A DNA stretch of 55,959 nt, from positions 1 to 55,959 of the forward strand of contig JBCDLA010000003.1 in assembly GCA_038745945.1 (NCBI GenBank), read 5' to 3'. Source of the stretch: Cyanobacteria bacterium P01_H01_bin.74 (GTDB taxonomy: Bacteria; Cyanobacteriota; Vampirovibrionia; Vampirovibrionales; Vampirovibrionaceae). Every line of letters starts with the position of its first letter. Within the stretch, counting starts at the first letter, position 1. The position numbers and the translations under genes were made by a program. Of the stretch, positions 47,638-55,959 are shown one piece after another. The notes below the pieces were generated by a model. That model was given only the letters and a program-made list of their open reading frames with translations, made no database searches and was not told the DNA's origin.

Positions 47638-49341
47638 ATGGCGCAAAACGGTTTAACAACCCAAGAAAACCTGTTTCGGATGCTTGCCCAACTGATGGTG
47701 GTGGGCTATTCCGGCAAAACGCTGGGTGAAGTCACCAAGCGTTTTATTGATTTGGGTGTGGGCGGGCTTATTTTTTTTCGTGAGAATTTCCAACACTGCC
47801 AAAGCCCTGCAGAGATTAAAAAAATCACCCAGGGTTTGTATGAGTGTTTTCCGGCAGATTGTTTAACACCCTTGTTCAGTATTGATCAAGAAGGCGGTCA
47901 AGTTGAGCGGCTGCCTCATACTTGTTTCCCAACGGGTCCCAACCCGTTAGCCTTGGCCTTAAGTGAAAACCCGGAAAGCCTGGCTAAAAATTATTATGAA
48001 ACCATGGCCCGTCAGCTTGTTGACTTGGGGTTTTGGTGTAATTTTTTTCCGACTGTGGACTTGAACAGCAACCCGGATAACCCCATTATTGGGGTTCGCA
48101 GTTTTGGGGACAACCCAGAAACCGTTCAGCGCTTGTCTGGCCTTGCATTGCAGCAATTTAAAAACAACGGCTTAATTGGTGTTGCAAAACACTTTCCTGG
48201 TCATGGCAACGGCCAGGTTGATTCGCACCTGGACTTGCCGGTGATTCACTTTTCACCGGAAGAAATGGCCTGTTTTCAGCACAGTATTCAACACGATGTG
48301 CCGGGGGTTCTGGTTGCGCATGCACTTTATCCTGAACTGCAGCCAAGCAGCGAACTGGATGCCCATTGTCCGGCTTCTGCGTCGCCAACCATCCTCAATG
48401 ATATCCTTCGTAGGCGCTGCGGTTTTTCGGGTGTTATTTTTAGTGATGACATGTGTATGGGTGCCATTACCCGGTATCAGTCAGCCCCTGAGGCGGCTGT
48501 TGCTGCAATTCAAGCCGGCATTGATATGCTGATCTACAAGCAGAGTACGAAGGCGGAGTGGACTGTTCTGGAAACGCTGATTGCAAAAGTTTCCGCTGGT
48601 GAAATCCCATTGGCGCAAATTACAGACTCTGTTGCGCGGATTGAAGCCTTGAAGCAGCGCTACAGCATGACACAACAAGGACTCAAACAGCCTTCGATAA
48701 AAATCACAACGCCACCACCCAGCGGCACGGTCCCAGACTCTGATGAGATGGCATTGGAGTTTGCCCACCAGGCCACGACGGTTGTAAAGGCTAGCCGTAT
48801 CAATACAACGGCATTCACTGGGAATAACACCCTGGAACCAACATTTCAGGGGATTTTGCGGAATGCCAGAATCTTGCTCATTCATCCGGACCGTGGCAGC
48901 ATTGTGAATTATGCTTTTGACAGCCCAACATCCCCTGACTTGGATACCGTGTTGACAACATTGGGCTTTGCCAATGTCACCAGCATTCCATACAACGTAA
49001 CAGCAAGCACTGAAACAGAGTGCCAGCTATCAAGACTATTATCGAGACCACTTGAAAAACTGGCCAGTATCGGCAACCCGACCGTCGGCAATCTGACCGG
49101 ATGGGACTGGTTTGTTTTCGTGACGTTTACCCCCACCATTCACCGCGGACAAGTGGATTTGTTTCAGCAGCTGTATCAAAAGTGCCCAGCAGAAAACCAT
49201 CTTGTGGTTTCTGCGGGGATGCCTACACCGGTTGATGGCATCCATGAGCACTGCAGCACCCATATTGTGATGGCCAGTTACCGGCCTGCAGCAATGACAG
49301 CCCTGGCTGAATGTTTACTCAACCCGAATAGCGTTTTATAA
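47638..49341 (+). CDS. nagZ: Beta-N-acetylhexosaminidase (GH3, NagZ-like) with a C-terminal extension of about 220 aa
   Basis: IDQEGG.V.R, KHFPGHG and SDDM.MGA motifs of GH3 NagZ in the first 340 aa or so. The remainder is unassigned. Confidence 0.8.
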   Translation: MAQNGLTTQENLFRMLAQLMVVGYSGKTLGEVTKRFIDLGVGGLIFFRENFQHCQSPAEIKKITQGLYECFPADCLTPLFSIDQEGGQVERLPHTCFPTGPNPLALALSENPESLAKNYYETMARQLVDLGFWCNFFPTVDLNSNPDNPIIGVRSFGDNPETVQRLSGLALQQFKNNGLIGVAKHFPGHGNGQVDSHLDLPVIHFSPEEMACFQHSIQHDVPGVLVAHALYPELQPSSELDAHCPASASPTILNDILRRRCGFSGVIFSDDMCMGAITRYQSAPEAAVAAIQAGIDMLIYKQSTKAEWTVLETLIAKVSAGEIPLAQITDSVARIEALKQRYSMTQQGLKQPSIKITTPPPSGTVPDSDEMALEFAHQATTVVKASRINTTAFTGNNTLEPTFQGILRNARILLIHPDRGSIVNYAFDSPTSPDLDTVLTTLGFANVTSIPYNVTASTETECQLSRLLSRPLEKLASIGNPTVGNLTGWDWFVFVTFTPTIHRGQVDLFQQLYQKCPAENHLVVSAGMPTPVDGIHEHCSTHIVMASYRPAAMTALAECLLNPNSVL

Positions 49342-49464
49342 TAGAACTTCTTGGTTTTATTATAAAATTTCTTGTTTCATAATCATTTTAGCTTCTTTAA
49401 TTGTTCTTCTTTAATTATTGATAACTTCTTTTTTAGTGTGTGTTTTATCTTGTGAGTGCCTGCT

Positions 49465-50667
49465 ATGTCATCAGCAAATCCTTATTTCAATCAGACCGTT
49501 TATATTTTGAACGGGCTTCGCACCCCCATTGGCAGCTTTTTGGGAGCACTGTCCTCCCTGACGGCTCCAGATCTGGCCAGTGTGGTCTTAAAGCAATTGG
49601 TTGCCAGTGCAACGGTCAGCCCTGATGCCGTGGATGAGGGGATACTCGGCTGTGTTTTGCCTGCAGGCATTGGGCAGGCCCCAGCACGCCAGGCTCTCAA
49701 AAAGGCAGGATTTCCTGATGCTGTTGGGGCTTTGACGATTAATAAAGTTTGCGGATCTGGAATGAAAGCAATCATGCTGGCGGCTAATACCATTCTTTCT
49801 GGGGATGCCCACTGTGTTATCGCTGGTGGGATGGAGTCGATGTCACAGTCGCCGTTTTACCTGAACCGAATGCGAACAGGCGTTAAACTGGGGCACCAGA
49901 ACTTGACGGATGGCATGATCCACGACGGGCTTTGGGATCCGTACAATGACTTTCATATGGGAAGCTGCGCAGAAGCGTGTGTCGAGAAATACGGGTTTTC
50001 ACGCCAAGAGCAAGATGCTTATGCGGCCAGCAGTTACCAGAAAGCCCAAGCAGCCGTTAAAAATGGCCTGTTTGCTGAAGAGATTGTTCCCGTTGCCGTA
50101 CCGCAACGCAAAGTAGACCCTGTCATTGTAGACACCGATGAAGAGCCCTTTAAAGGAAAAATCGAAAAGCTGCCCGGTTTACCCCCCGCTTTTGAAAAAC
50201 AGGGGACCATTACTGCGGGCAACGCCTCAACACTCAATGATGGGGCTGCGGCCTTGCTGCTGGCTTCGGCAGATTTTGTAAAAGCCCACGGCTTAAGGCC
50301 CATTGCTAAAATTGTTGCCCATGCCACCCAGAGTCAGTCACCAGCCTGGTTTACCACAGCGCCCATTGGCGCGGTTGAGTCCGTGCTTAAAAAAGCAGGG
50401 CAGTCTGTCTCAGACAGTGACAATTTTGAGATTAACGAAGCCTTTTCAGTCGTGGCCATGGCCGCTCAAAAAGAATTGGGCCTGCCCGCAGAAAAGCTGA
50501 ATGTTCGCGGCGGTGCCGTTGCGTTGGGACACCCCATTGGGGCAAGCGGTGCGCGCATTGTTGTGACCCAGTTGCACACCCTGCTTTCAACGCAAGGCAG
50601 TGTGGGGGTGTCGGCGCTTTGTATTGGCGGTGGTGAAGCAACTGCCCTAACCATTGAAACCGTTTAA
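49465..50667 (+). CDS. Acetyl-CoA C-acetyltransferase (thiolase II)
   Basis: NKVCGSGMKA (active Cys), NEAF, and GGAVALGHPIGASGARI...GLCIGGGE-type C-terminal motifs. ATG at 49465 is preferred over the GTG at 49456. Confidence 0.92.
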   Translation: MSSANPYFNQTVYILNGLRTPIGSFLGALSSLTAPDLASVVLKQLVASATVSPDAVDEGILGCVLPAGIGQAPARQALKKAGFPDAVGALTINKVCGSGMKAIMLAANTILSGDAHCVIAGGMESMSQSPFYLNRMRTGVKLGHQNLTDGMIHDGLWDPYNDFHMGSCAEACVEKYGFSRQEQDAYAASSYQKAQAAVKNGLFAEEIVPVAVPQRKVDPVIVDTDEEPFKGKIEKLPGLPPAFEKQGTITAGNASTLNDGAAALLLASADFVKAHGLRPIAKIVAHATQSQSPAWFTTAPIGAVESVLKKAGQSVSDSDNFEINEAFSVVAMAAQKELGLPAEKLNVRGGAVALGHPIGASGARIVVTQLHTLLSTQGSVGVSALCIGGGEATALTIETV

Positions 50668-50722
50668 TCTGGAACCGTAATACGCGCCGTCTTACTTAGA
50701 AAGTGTTATCTAAAAAATGTTA

Positions 50723-51495
50723 GGCTCTAGATCACTTAAGGTATAATCTTGAGTGGTGGAAAGCCAATGAAACGAAGACGCTTAAGCGATTACAAAATTA
50801 AAAAGATTATTAGACACTTTGTGCTGGACGTGAATGCGACCCAGACCAGTGAACTTCTCATCCATAGTCGAGCGACGATTAACAACTATTTTAGACGGTT
50901 TAGAGAACTTATTTACCAAAGCCGAATGAATGAAAAAAACTTGTTGGTGGGAGCCATTGAAGTAGACGAGTCCTACTTTGGAGCAGCTCGGCCCCGTGGA
51001 GCTCCTAAAAAGCTCAAGCGGGGCCGAGGCAGTCTGAAGCAGCCAGTGTTTGGTATTTTTGAACGCAATGGCCAAGTTTACACAGAACTGGTGCCAGACT
51101 GTAAAAAAGCCACACTGCATGCGGTTATTTTAGGAAAAGTAAGCCTGGATGGCGTGATTCACCGTGACGGGTGGCGTGGCTACAATGGCTTGGTAGACGT
51201 AGGCTTTGACAAGCATTTACGGGTCAATCATAACGAAACCTACAGCCTGGGAAAAGGCCAGCATATTAACGGGATTGAAAGCTTTTGGAGCTTTGTAAAA
51301 AGGAGGCTGAGGCGTTTTAACGGTATAGCCAAACACACCTTTGAACTCCATTTGAAGGAATGTGAGTGGCGTTGGAAGAAGGAGACAGGTACACTGGAAC
51401 AAGAACTGTTCAAACTATTCAAAACTCTGCGAGTTTTAAACAGGTCGAACAGTTACGACGACTATTGATTGTTTTTATTTAACTGATCTAGAGCC
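50723..51495 (+). mobile_element. Complete IS1595-like insertion sequence (copy B, 773 bp)
   Basis: 17-bp terminal inverted repeats GGCTCTAGATCACTTAA (50723-50739) and TTAACTGATCTAGAGCC (51479-51495), with 1 mismatch. Flanked by a 7-bp direct duplication AATGTTA (50716-50722 and 51496-51502). Single transposase ORF. Confidence 0.88.
50767..51468 (+). CDS. IS1595/ISXO2-like DDE transposase
   Basis: EVDESYFG....G..KRGRG...K.PVFGI.ER.G.V......D....TL...I...V.....I..D.W.GY..L...G..H..VNH......G..HINGIE.FWS..KR.L..F.G pattern. ATG at 50767 (the longest ORF starts at the TTG at 50749). It lacks the N-terminal zinc-ribbon of longer family members. Confidence 0.82.
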   Translation: MKRRRLSDYKIKKIIRHFVLDVNATQTSELLIHSRATINNYFRRFRELIYQSRMNEKNLLVGAIEVDESYFGAARPRGAPKKLKRGRGSLKQPVFGIFERNGQVYTELVPDCKKATLHAVILGKVSLDGVIHRDGWRGYNGLVDVGFDKHLRVNHNETYSLGKGQHINGIESFWSFVKRRLRRFNGIAKHTFELHLKECEWRWKKETGTLEQELFKLFKTLRVLNRSNSYDDY

Positions 51496-51528
51496 AATGT
51501 TATTTAGAAAAAAAGTCAGTTTGAAAAA

Positions 51529-52431
51529 ATGACATCCGCACACCCAAGCACTGTACAAAAAAACCCGGGAAATGATCCCATTCAGGCCATTCAAACTGTT
51601 GCTGTTGTTGGTGCTGGGCAAATGGGCCATGGCATTGCACAAGTAATGGCGTGCGCTGATAAATCTGTTTTATTCTACGACAGCAATGCTGAGGCCCTGC
51701 AAAAAGGTCAGGATGCTATCGCTGCCAGCTTGCAGAAACTAAACCGCAAAGGGAAAATTTCTGATGAAGCACTCGAAAAAGCAGTGGCTCGCATTGTCCC
51801 AGTCCACGACTTGGCGGCACTTTGTGACGCTGATTTGGCGATTGAAGCCATTGTGGAACTGGAGAGCGCCAAGACCGCCCTTTTTCAAAGTCTGGATGCA
51901 TTCTTACCCCCCAAAGCACTGCTGGCTTCCAATACGTCCAGCATTTCAATTACCCGGCTGGCAGCCTCTACGCACCGTGCGCCCCAGGTGATTGGCATGC
52001 ACTTTATGAATCCTGTGGCTTTAATGCAGCTGGTTGAAATTATTCGCGGGGCTCAAACCAATGATGCAACCTACCAGTGCATTGCCAGCCTGACAGCAGA
52101 ACTGGGAAAAACAGGGGTCATGAGCCGTGATTTCCCCGGCTTTATTTCCAACCGGGTCTTAATGCCGTTAATCAATGAAGCCATTTTTGCGTTGTTTGAA
52201 GGCGTGGGCAGTGCCGCAGACATTGATGCGGTGATGAAACTGGGCATGAATCATCCGATGGGGCCGCTGCAGCTGGCAGATTTTATCGGCCTCGATACGT
52301 GCCTGTCCATTATGACGGTCTTAATGGATGGCTTTCAAGATGCCCGGTTCAGGCCATGCCCGCTATTAAAACAATACGTGGATGCAGGGTATTTGGGCAA
52401 AAAAACAGGCCGAGGCTTTTTTGAATATTAA
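51529..52431 (+). CDS. hbd: 3-hydroxybutyryl-CoA dehydrogenase (3-hydroxyacyl-CoA dehydrogenase family)
   Basis: VAVVGAGQMGHGIAQV Rossmann motif, SNTSS, HFMNPV, and a C-terminal GYLGKKTGRGFFEY tail. Confidence 0.9.
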   Translation: MTSAHPSTVQKNPGNDPIQAIQTVAVVGAGQMGHGIAQVMACADKSVLFYDSNAEALQKGQDAIAASLQKLNRKGKISDEALEKAVARIVPVHDLAALCDADLAIEAIVELESAKTALFQSLDAFLPPKALLASNTSSISITRLAASTHRAPQVIGMHFMNPVALMQLVEIIRGAQTNDATYQCIASLTAELGKTGVMSRDFPGFISNRVLMPLINEAIFALFEGVGSAADIDAVMKLGMNHPMGPLQLADFIGLDTCLSIMTVLMDGFQDARFRPCPLLKQYVDAGYLGKKTGRGFFEY

Positions 52432-52593
52432 GTTTGTTTGATTTACTCTCATTTTAACCCAACAATCCTCTTTACAAATCTTCTTCTGTTTTCTCACTGG
52501 TTTTGAATGCACAATTTAGACAGGTAATTCTTTTTTATTAACAGAAGTGCTTTCAAAATAAAACGGATGTAAAAAAAGAAAAAAGACCGTCTC

Positions 52594-53403
52594 ATGACTA
52601 TCCAAGATGATATTGCTGCGGTTCAATCCGATAAATCTTCTGTTTACGGGCCTGTTAAATCCTGGCGCGTTGGCTCATCCCTGGGCATTGATATGCTGCT
52701 GGAAACTTCAACCTGCTCGTTTAACTGTATTTATTGCCAACTGGGCAACATTCAGTTAAAAACGGCTGAACGCATGATCTATGTTCCGACTGCACAACTT
52801 GAGCGTGACTTGCGCCTCAGCGACTGGCCATCGGCAGATATTATTACATTCAGCGGCAGTGGTGAGCCTACACTGGCATTAAATCTGGCTGAGGCCATTT
52901 ATCTGGTGAAAGAATACACCCAAAAGCCGGTGATGGTCTTAACCAATGCAACATTGCTTGATGATGATGCCGTTATCGCTGATTTACAAAGCGCTGACAT
53001 TGTCGCCTGCAAGTTGGATGCCGGCTCGGAAGCATCATTAAAGCAAATGAACCGCCCCGTGAATGGCATTACGTTGGCCAGCATTGTGAGCGGTATTAAA
53101 AAACTGAAAACCCGCTATTCGGGTAAACTGGCATTGCAGTGCATGTTTATGCCAACCAATATAAAAGAATTGGAATCAATGGCTGAATTAATCAACGACA
53201 TTCAGCCGGATGAAGTGCAGCTGAACACCCCTAAGCGCCCATATCCGCTGTCCTGGGTATTAGCGTCTCGTGGCAATCACAGTGAAACGGGCTATCCGTC
53301 TCGCAAGCTGCGGGTAATTGAGCCTCTGAAAGCCGAGGAAATCGAAGCGTTTCTCGCTAAAAATACCCAGGTGCCCATTGTTTCCATTTACAATAAAGCT
53401 TAA
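52594..53403 (+). CDS. Radical SAM protein (small stand-alone, COG0731-like)
   Basis: YGPVKSWRVGSSLGID.L....CSFNCIYCQLG (CxxxCxxC cluster motif), then the GSGEPTL glycine-rich SAM motif. Confidence 0.8.
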   Translation: MTIQDDIAAVQSDKSSVYGPVKSWRVGSSLGIDMLLETSTCSFNCIYCQLGNIQLKTAERMIYVPTAQLERDLRLSDWPSADIITFSGSGEPTLALNLAEAIYLVKEYTQKPVMVLTNATLLDDDAVIADLQSADIVACKLDAGSEASLKQMNRPVNGITLASIVSGIKKLKTRYSGKLALQCMFMPTNIKELESMAELINDIQPDEVQLNTPKRPYPLSWVLASRGNHSETGYPSRKLRVIEPLKAEEIEAFLAKNTQVPIVSIYNKA

Positions 53404-53608
53404 AAACAACCCTCAGCTTTTTCTGGACTCTGATCACGTTATTGCATTGAATAATGATGACTTTTCAAAGTGTTTTTTTATTTTATTAAAGGAAAGTTGT
53501 GCCCTTTCGATTAATGACACCTACCTGGACAGCAGAAGATTTTCTTGTGAGCTTTTTTACGTCAAATCAGGATTTTTTCAAACATACTTTATATCTTTCC
53601 TTTAAAAA

Positions 53609-54730
53609 TCAAGCATTCTGACGCACAATTTCATAGAGCAAAACTGCACCTGCCGTTGAAACATTAAGCGAGCTAACATGGCCCTGCATGGGAATACTTA
53701 ATAAAGCATCGCAGTGTTTTTGAACGCCTGGCCCAATGCCGTTTTCCTCGCTTCCTAAAATAAGAACAACCGGCGTATCAAATTGCGCTTGGGTGTAAGG
53801 CATTGTTTTACTGCCAACGGCTGCCCCATAAACCCAAAACCCTTTGGTTTTTAACGTTTGCACGGCCTGGCTGATATTACCAATCGTGCCAACGGTCACC
53901 GTTTCTTCAGCCCCAGAAGCCGTTTTAGAAACAGCAGGACTTAGTCCAACACTGTTGTGACGAGGCAGCAACACACAAGCAACACCACAGCCATCGGCAA
54001 CCCGAAGCAACGCCCCCAGATTTCGGGGATCAGTTATGCCATCCAGAATCAGGACCACTGGCTTTGTTTGCTGGACAAGTGCTTTATCCAGCATATCGCA
54101 GATGGCTGTAAAATCCAGAATGGGTTTGGCTGCCACAGCAGCAATAATACCCTGGTGTGCAGCGGACGATCGTTCTGGCAAGACAGGGGCATGGCGGCCT
54201 TGATCTGGTGGTTGGGTGTTGCAAAGCAGTTGGTCCAGTTTTTGCTTGGGCACCCGCTGAACCATAATTTTATGTCGGGCAGCAATGGCCAGGCTATCTT
54301 GAATACGTTTGTCGGGTTTCAGGGTTTCCGACAGGTAGAGTTTACTTACTGTGGTGGGATTGGTTTCAAAAATGGCTTTAACACTGTTTTTTCCGTAAAC
54401 ATAACGGCTGCCAATGCCTAAAAGGTTGCCAGTACGACTATTATCACCTAGGCTTTGCAGAATTCGAGAGCTACTTGCGGTTTTTACCGGGGCAGGCTTT
54501 TGTGTTTTTTGTTTTTTCTCTGATGCCGCGGCTGTTTTTTTGTGAGCAGAGTTTCCCCATTTTTTTGACTGGCTTTTAGAAGAAGGGTTTTTTTTTGAAC
54601 CTGGCTTTTGCACTGATTTTGGCATTGATTCAGGCATTACTTTATTAGCCGGATGATGGCCTGACTTATTTTTTGACTTTGGTTGTAATTTTCGGCTTGG
54701 TTTTTGAGGGTTTTTTTGCGTTTTATTCAT
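53609..54730 (-). CDS. rlmB: SpoU/TrmH-family RNA 2'-O-methyltransferase (RlmB-like) with a Lys-rich N-terminal extension of about 110 aa
   Basis: YGKNSVKAIFE (substrate-binding subdomain), LDGITDPRNLGALLR, VVLILGSEENGI and IPM.G...SLNVS.A..VLLYE motifs. Confidence 0.8.
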   Translation of the reverse strand: MNKTQKNPQKPSRKLQPKSKNKSGHHPANKVMPESMPKSVQKPGSKKNPSSKSQSKKWGNSAHKKTAAASEKKQKTQKPAPVKTASSSRILQSLGDNSRTGNLLGIGSRYVYGKNSVKAIFETNPTTVSKLYLSETLKPDKRIQDSLAIAARHKIMVQRVPKQKLDQLLCNTQPPDQGRHAPVLPERSSAAHQGIIAAVAAKPILDFTAICDMLDKALVQQTKPVVLILDGITDPRNLGALLRVADGCGVACVLLPRHNSVGLSPAVSKTASGAEETVTVGTIGNISQAVQTLKTKGFWVYGAAVGSKTMPYTQAQFDTPVVLILGSEENGIGPGVQKHCDALLSIPMQGHVSSLNVSTAGAVLLYEIVRQNA

Positions 54731-54778
54731 TTGGATTTTATTGATTTAGATTTTATTTTATATGGTTGCTTTTAAAAT

Positions 54779-55933
54779 TTATGACTTTTGAAATTTAAAC
54801 CAAGACTTTAGTCTTGTCCAGACGGATGGCGATGACTGAGGGCTGCTTTCAGGAAAGGGCTTTGGGGTAGCAATAAATCCGTTGGTGGCTACTGTGGCCG
54901 AAACCTGCTTTAAACTGAGCAGTTTAAGCCGCTCAGCCTCAATATTATATTGCCAAAGGCCCATAAAGTTTTTTTGAACCCGTTGACTGGCCGTTTTTTT
55001 ATAATGCCAGGCATTTAACAGAACCGTATTGTTGCTGTCGGGTTGCCAGCCCAGGGGCTCGATATCAAAGGAATACTGAGAAAGCAGCGGCGGGTTGTCT
55101 CGGGTTTGCCAGTAATTGGCAATAGCCCGGTGAATTTCCGGATAAATGCTTACGATACCGGATGCTTCATCAAAGATCAGTACATTGGAGGTTTTCAACC
55201 CCAGATACAAAAGGCCGCTGTACTCTTTAATCAGAATACGCTCGCTGTTTGCAGACCAGTCAACCACCGTTAGGGTTTTAAAACTGTAGCGTCTGGGGTC
55301 GGTGCCAGTGTTTGTCTTTTCATTTTTTGTACGGGCCAATACTTTACGGAACGCAGTCATTAAGGCAGGGTTAAACTGATTTTGATAATTTTGAATGGCC
55401 CGCTTTTCATAGGTCTTAAGCGCTTTTGACGGCTCCTGGGCTTCAGGATCCATGGCATCAGGGGGGAGTTTTACAAGGGCAGGCAGCAGTTTTACCCAGA
55501 ACAAGGTGCAATAGGTTTGACGAAAACTGGGAATAAAGCCCACTTCAGAGAAAACAATCGCGGATTGGTCCGGTGAAACCACAGGAACACTGTAGACCAC
55601 TTTTTTGGCTTCAATATTCCAGAGGTTGATATTGTTTGGTCCAGTATTGTAGGGTTTAAAGTCCATCAACGCCGATGGATCTGTATAATTTGCGGGCGAA
55701 AACGGCGAGATTTTTTCCAAGGTGGGTACTGTTTGACCAGACAGGGTTTTATCCGGCACAATAGCAGGCGGTTGGCTTAGCTGTACCGGGGCATCTAAAG
55801 GTTTTCTCCCCCAGGTGGGGTGATTAAAACTCAAAAAACAACCCAGAAGAAATACCTCAAGAAGTAGCCCAGTAAGTGGCCAATGGGTTCTTTGCTTTTG
55901 GAAAAAAGATGGGGAGAAAGGCAAAAACGTCAA
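54779..55933 (-). CDS. Hypothetical protein with an N-terminal membrane anchor or signal
   Basis: 384-aa ORF. Only a TTG start is available at the 5' end. Hydrophobic segment LTGLLLEVFLLGCFLSF. No recognisable family. Confidence 0.5.
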   Translation of the reverse strand: MTFLPFSPSFFQKQRTHWPLTGLLLEVFLLGCFLSFNHPTWGRKPLDAPVQLSQPPAIVPDKTLSGQTVPTLEKISPFSPANYTDPSALMDFKPYNTGPNNINLWNIEAKKVVYSVPVVSPDQSAIVFSEVGFIPSFRQTYCTLFWVKLLPALVKLPPDAMDPEAQEPSKALKTYEKRAIQNYQNQFNPALMTAFRKVLARTKNEKTNTGTDPRRYSFKTLTVVDWSANSERILIKEYSGLLYLGLKTSNVLIFDEASGIVSIYPEIHRAIANYWQTRDNPPLLSQYSFDIEPLGWQPDSNNTVLLNAWHYKKTASQRVQKNFMGLWQYNIEAERLKLLSLKQVSATVATNGFIATPKPFPESSPQSSPSVWTRLKSWFKFQKS

Positions 55934-55959
55934 ACCATTAAGATCCTGTTACATTGAAT

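Noticed and set aside
49465-52431. PHB (pha) operon
   Set aside because: Thiolase and a 3-hydroxybutyryl-CoA dehydrogenase (NAD-type Hbd, not PhaB reductase-like) are present. No PHA synthase or phasin is in the window, so a butyrate or acetoacetyl-CoA pathway is at least as likely.

Overview
This 55.96-kb window is chromosomal DNA from a diderm bacterium, roughly mid-40s %GC by eye, and about 85% coding. All calls come from reading the sequence and ORF track for motifs by eye; no database or HMM search was possible.

Content:
- About 48 credible protein genes.
- One tRNA-Leu(UAG).
- Two diverged copies of a small IS1595-like insertion sequence. One is complete (50723-51495). The other is cut by the window edge (1-277).

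Most genes are housekeeping:
- Translation and RNA: trpS, hisS, rph, gatB, mnmE, rpmG, an rlmB-like methyltransferase.
- DNA: gyrA.
- Cofactor and isoprenoid: hemL, a polyprenyl diphosphate synthase.
- Cytochrome c biogenesis: ccsB/ccsA (System II).
- Envelope and sugars: lpxK, ugd, nagZ, pseB-like.
- Carbon metabolism: thiolase and hbd.
- Flagellar export: flhB-flhA.

The mix of a ycf45-type ATPase, System II cytochrome c maturation, LPS and flagellar genes suggests a non-photosynthetic relative of Cyanobacteria (Melainabacteria/Vampirovibrionia-like). This is inference only.

Best candidates for undescribed biology:
1. A block of uncharacterised envelope or secreted genes at 37.4-42.0 kb. 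It has two translationally coupled paralogous secreted coiled-coil proteins, a small coiled-coil protein, a secreted peptide with about 26% Arg and no acidic residues, a double zinc-ribbon protein and a cupredoxin lipoprotein.
2. A 661-aa strongly acidic orphan protein carrying an 11-nt poly-C slip tract.
3. Four perfect 14-bp tandem repeats abutting the ugd start.
4. An orphan Dam-type methylase cassette, together with GATC sites inside both IS terminal repeats.
5. A divergent GH6 glycosidase coupled to a DUF212/PAP2 gene.
6. A cysteine-dioxygenase-like cupin paired with a class V aminotransferase.
7. An orphan intrinsic terminator that suggests an unannotated small RNA.

No CRISPR array, rRNA, prophage or canonical defence operon was seen.
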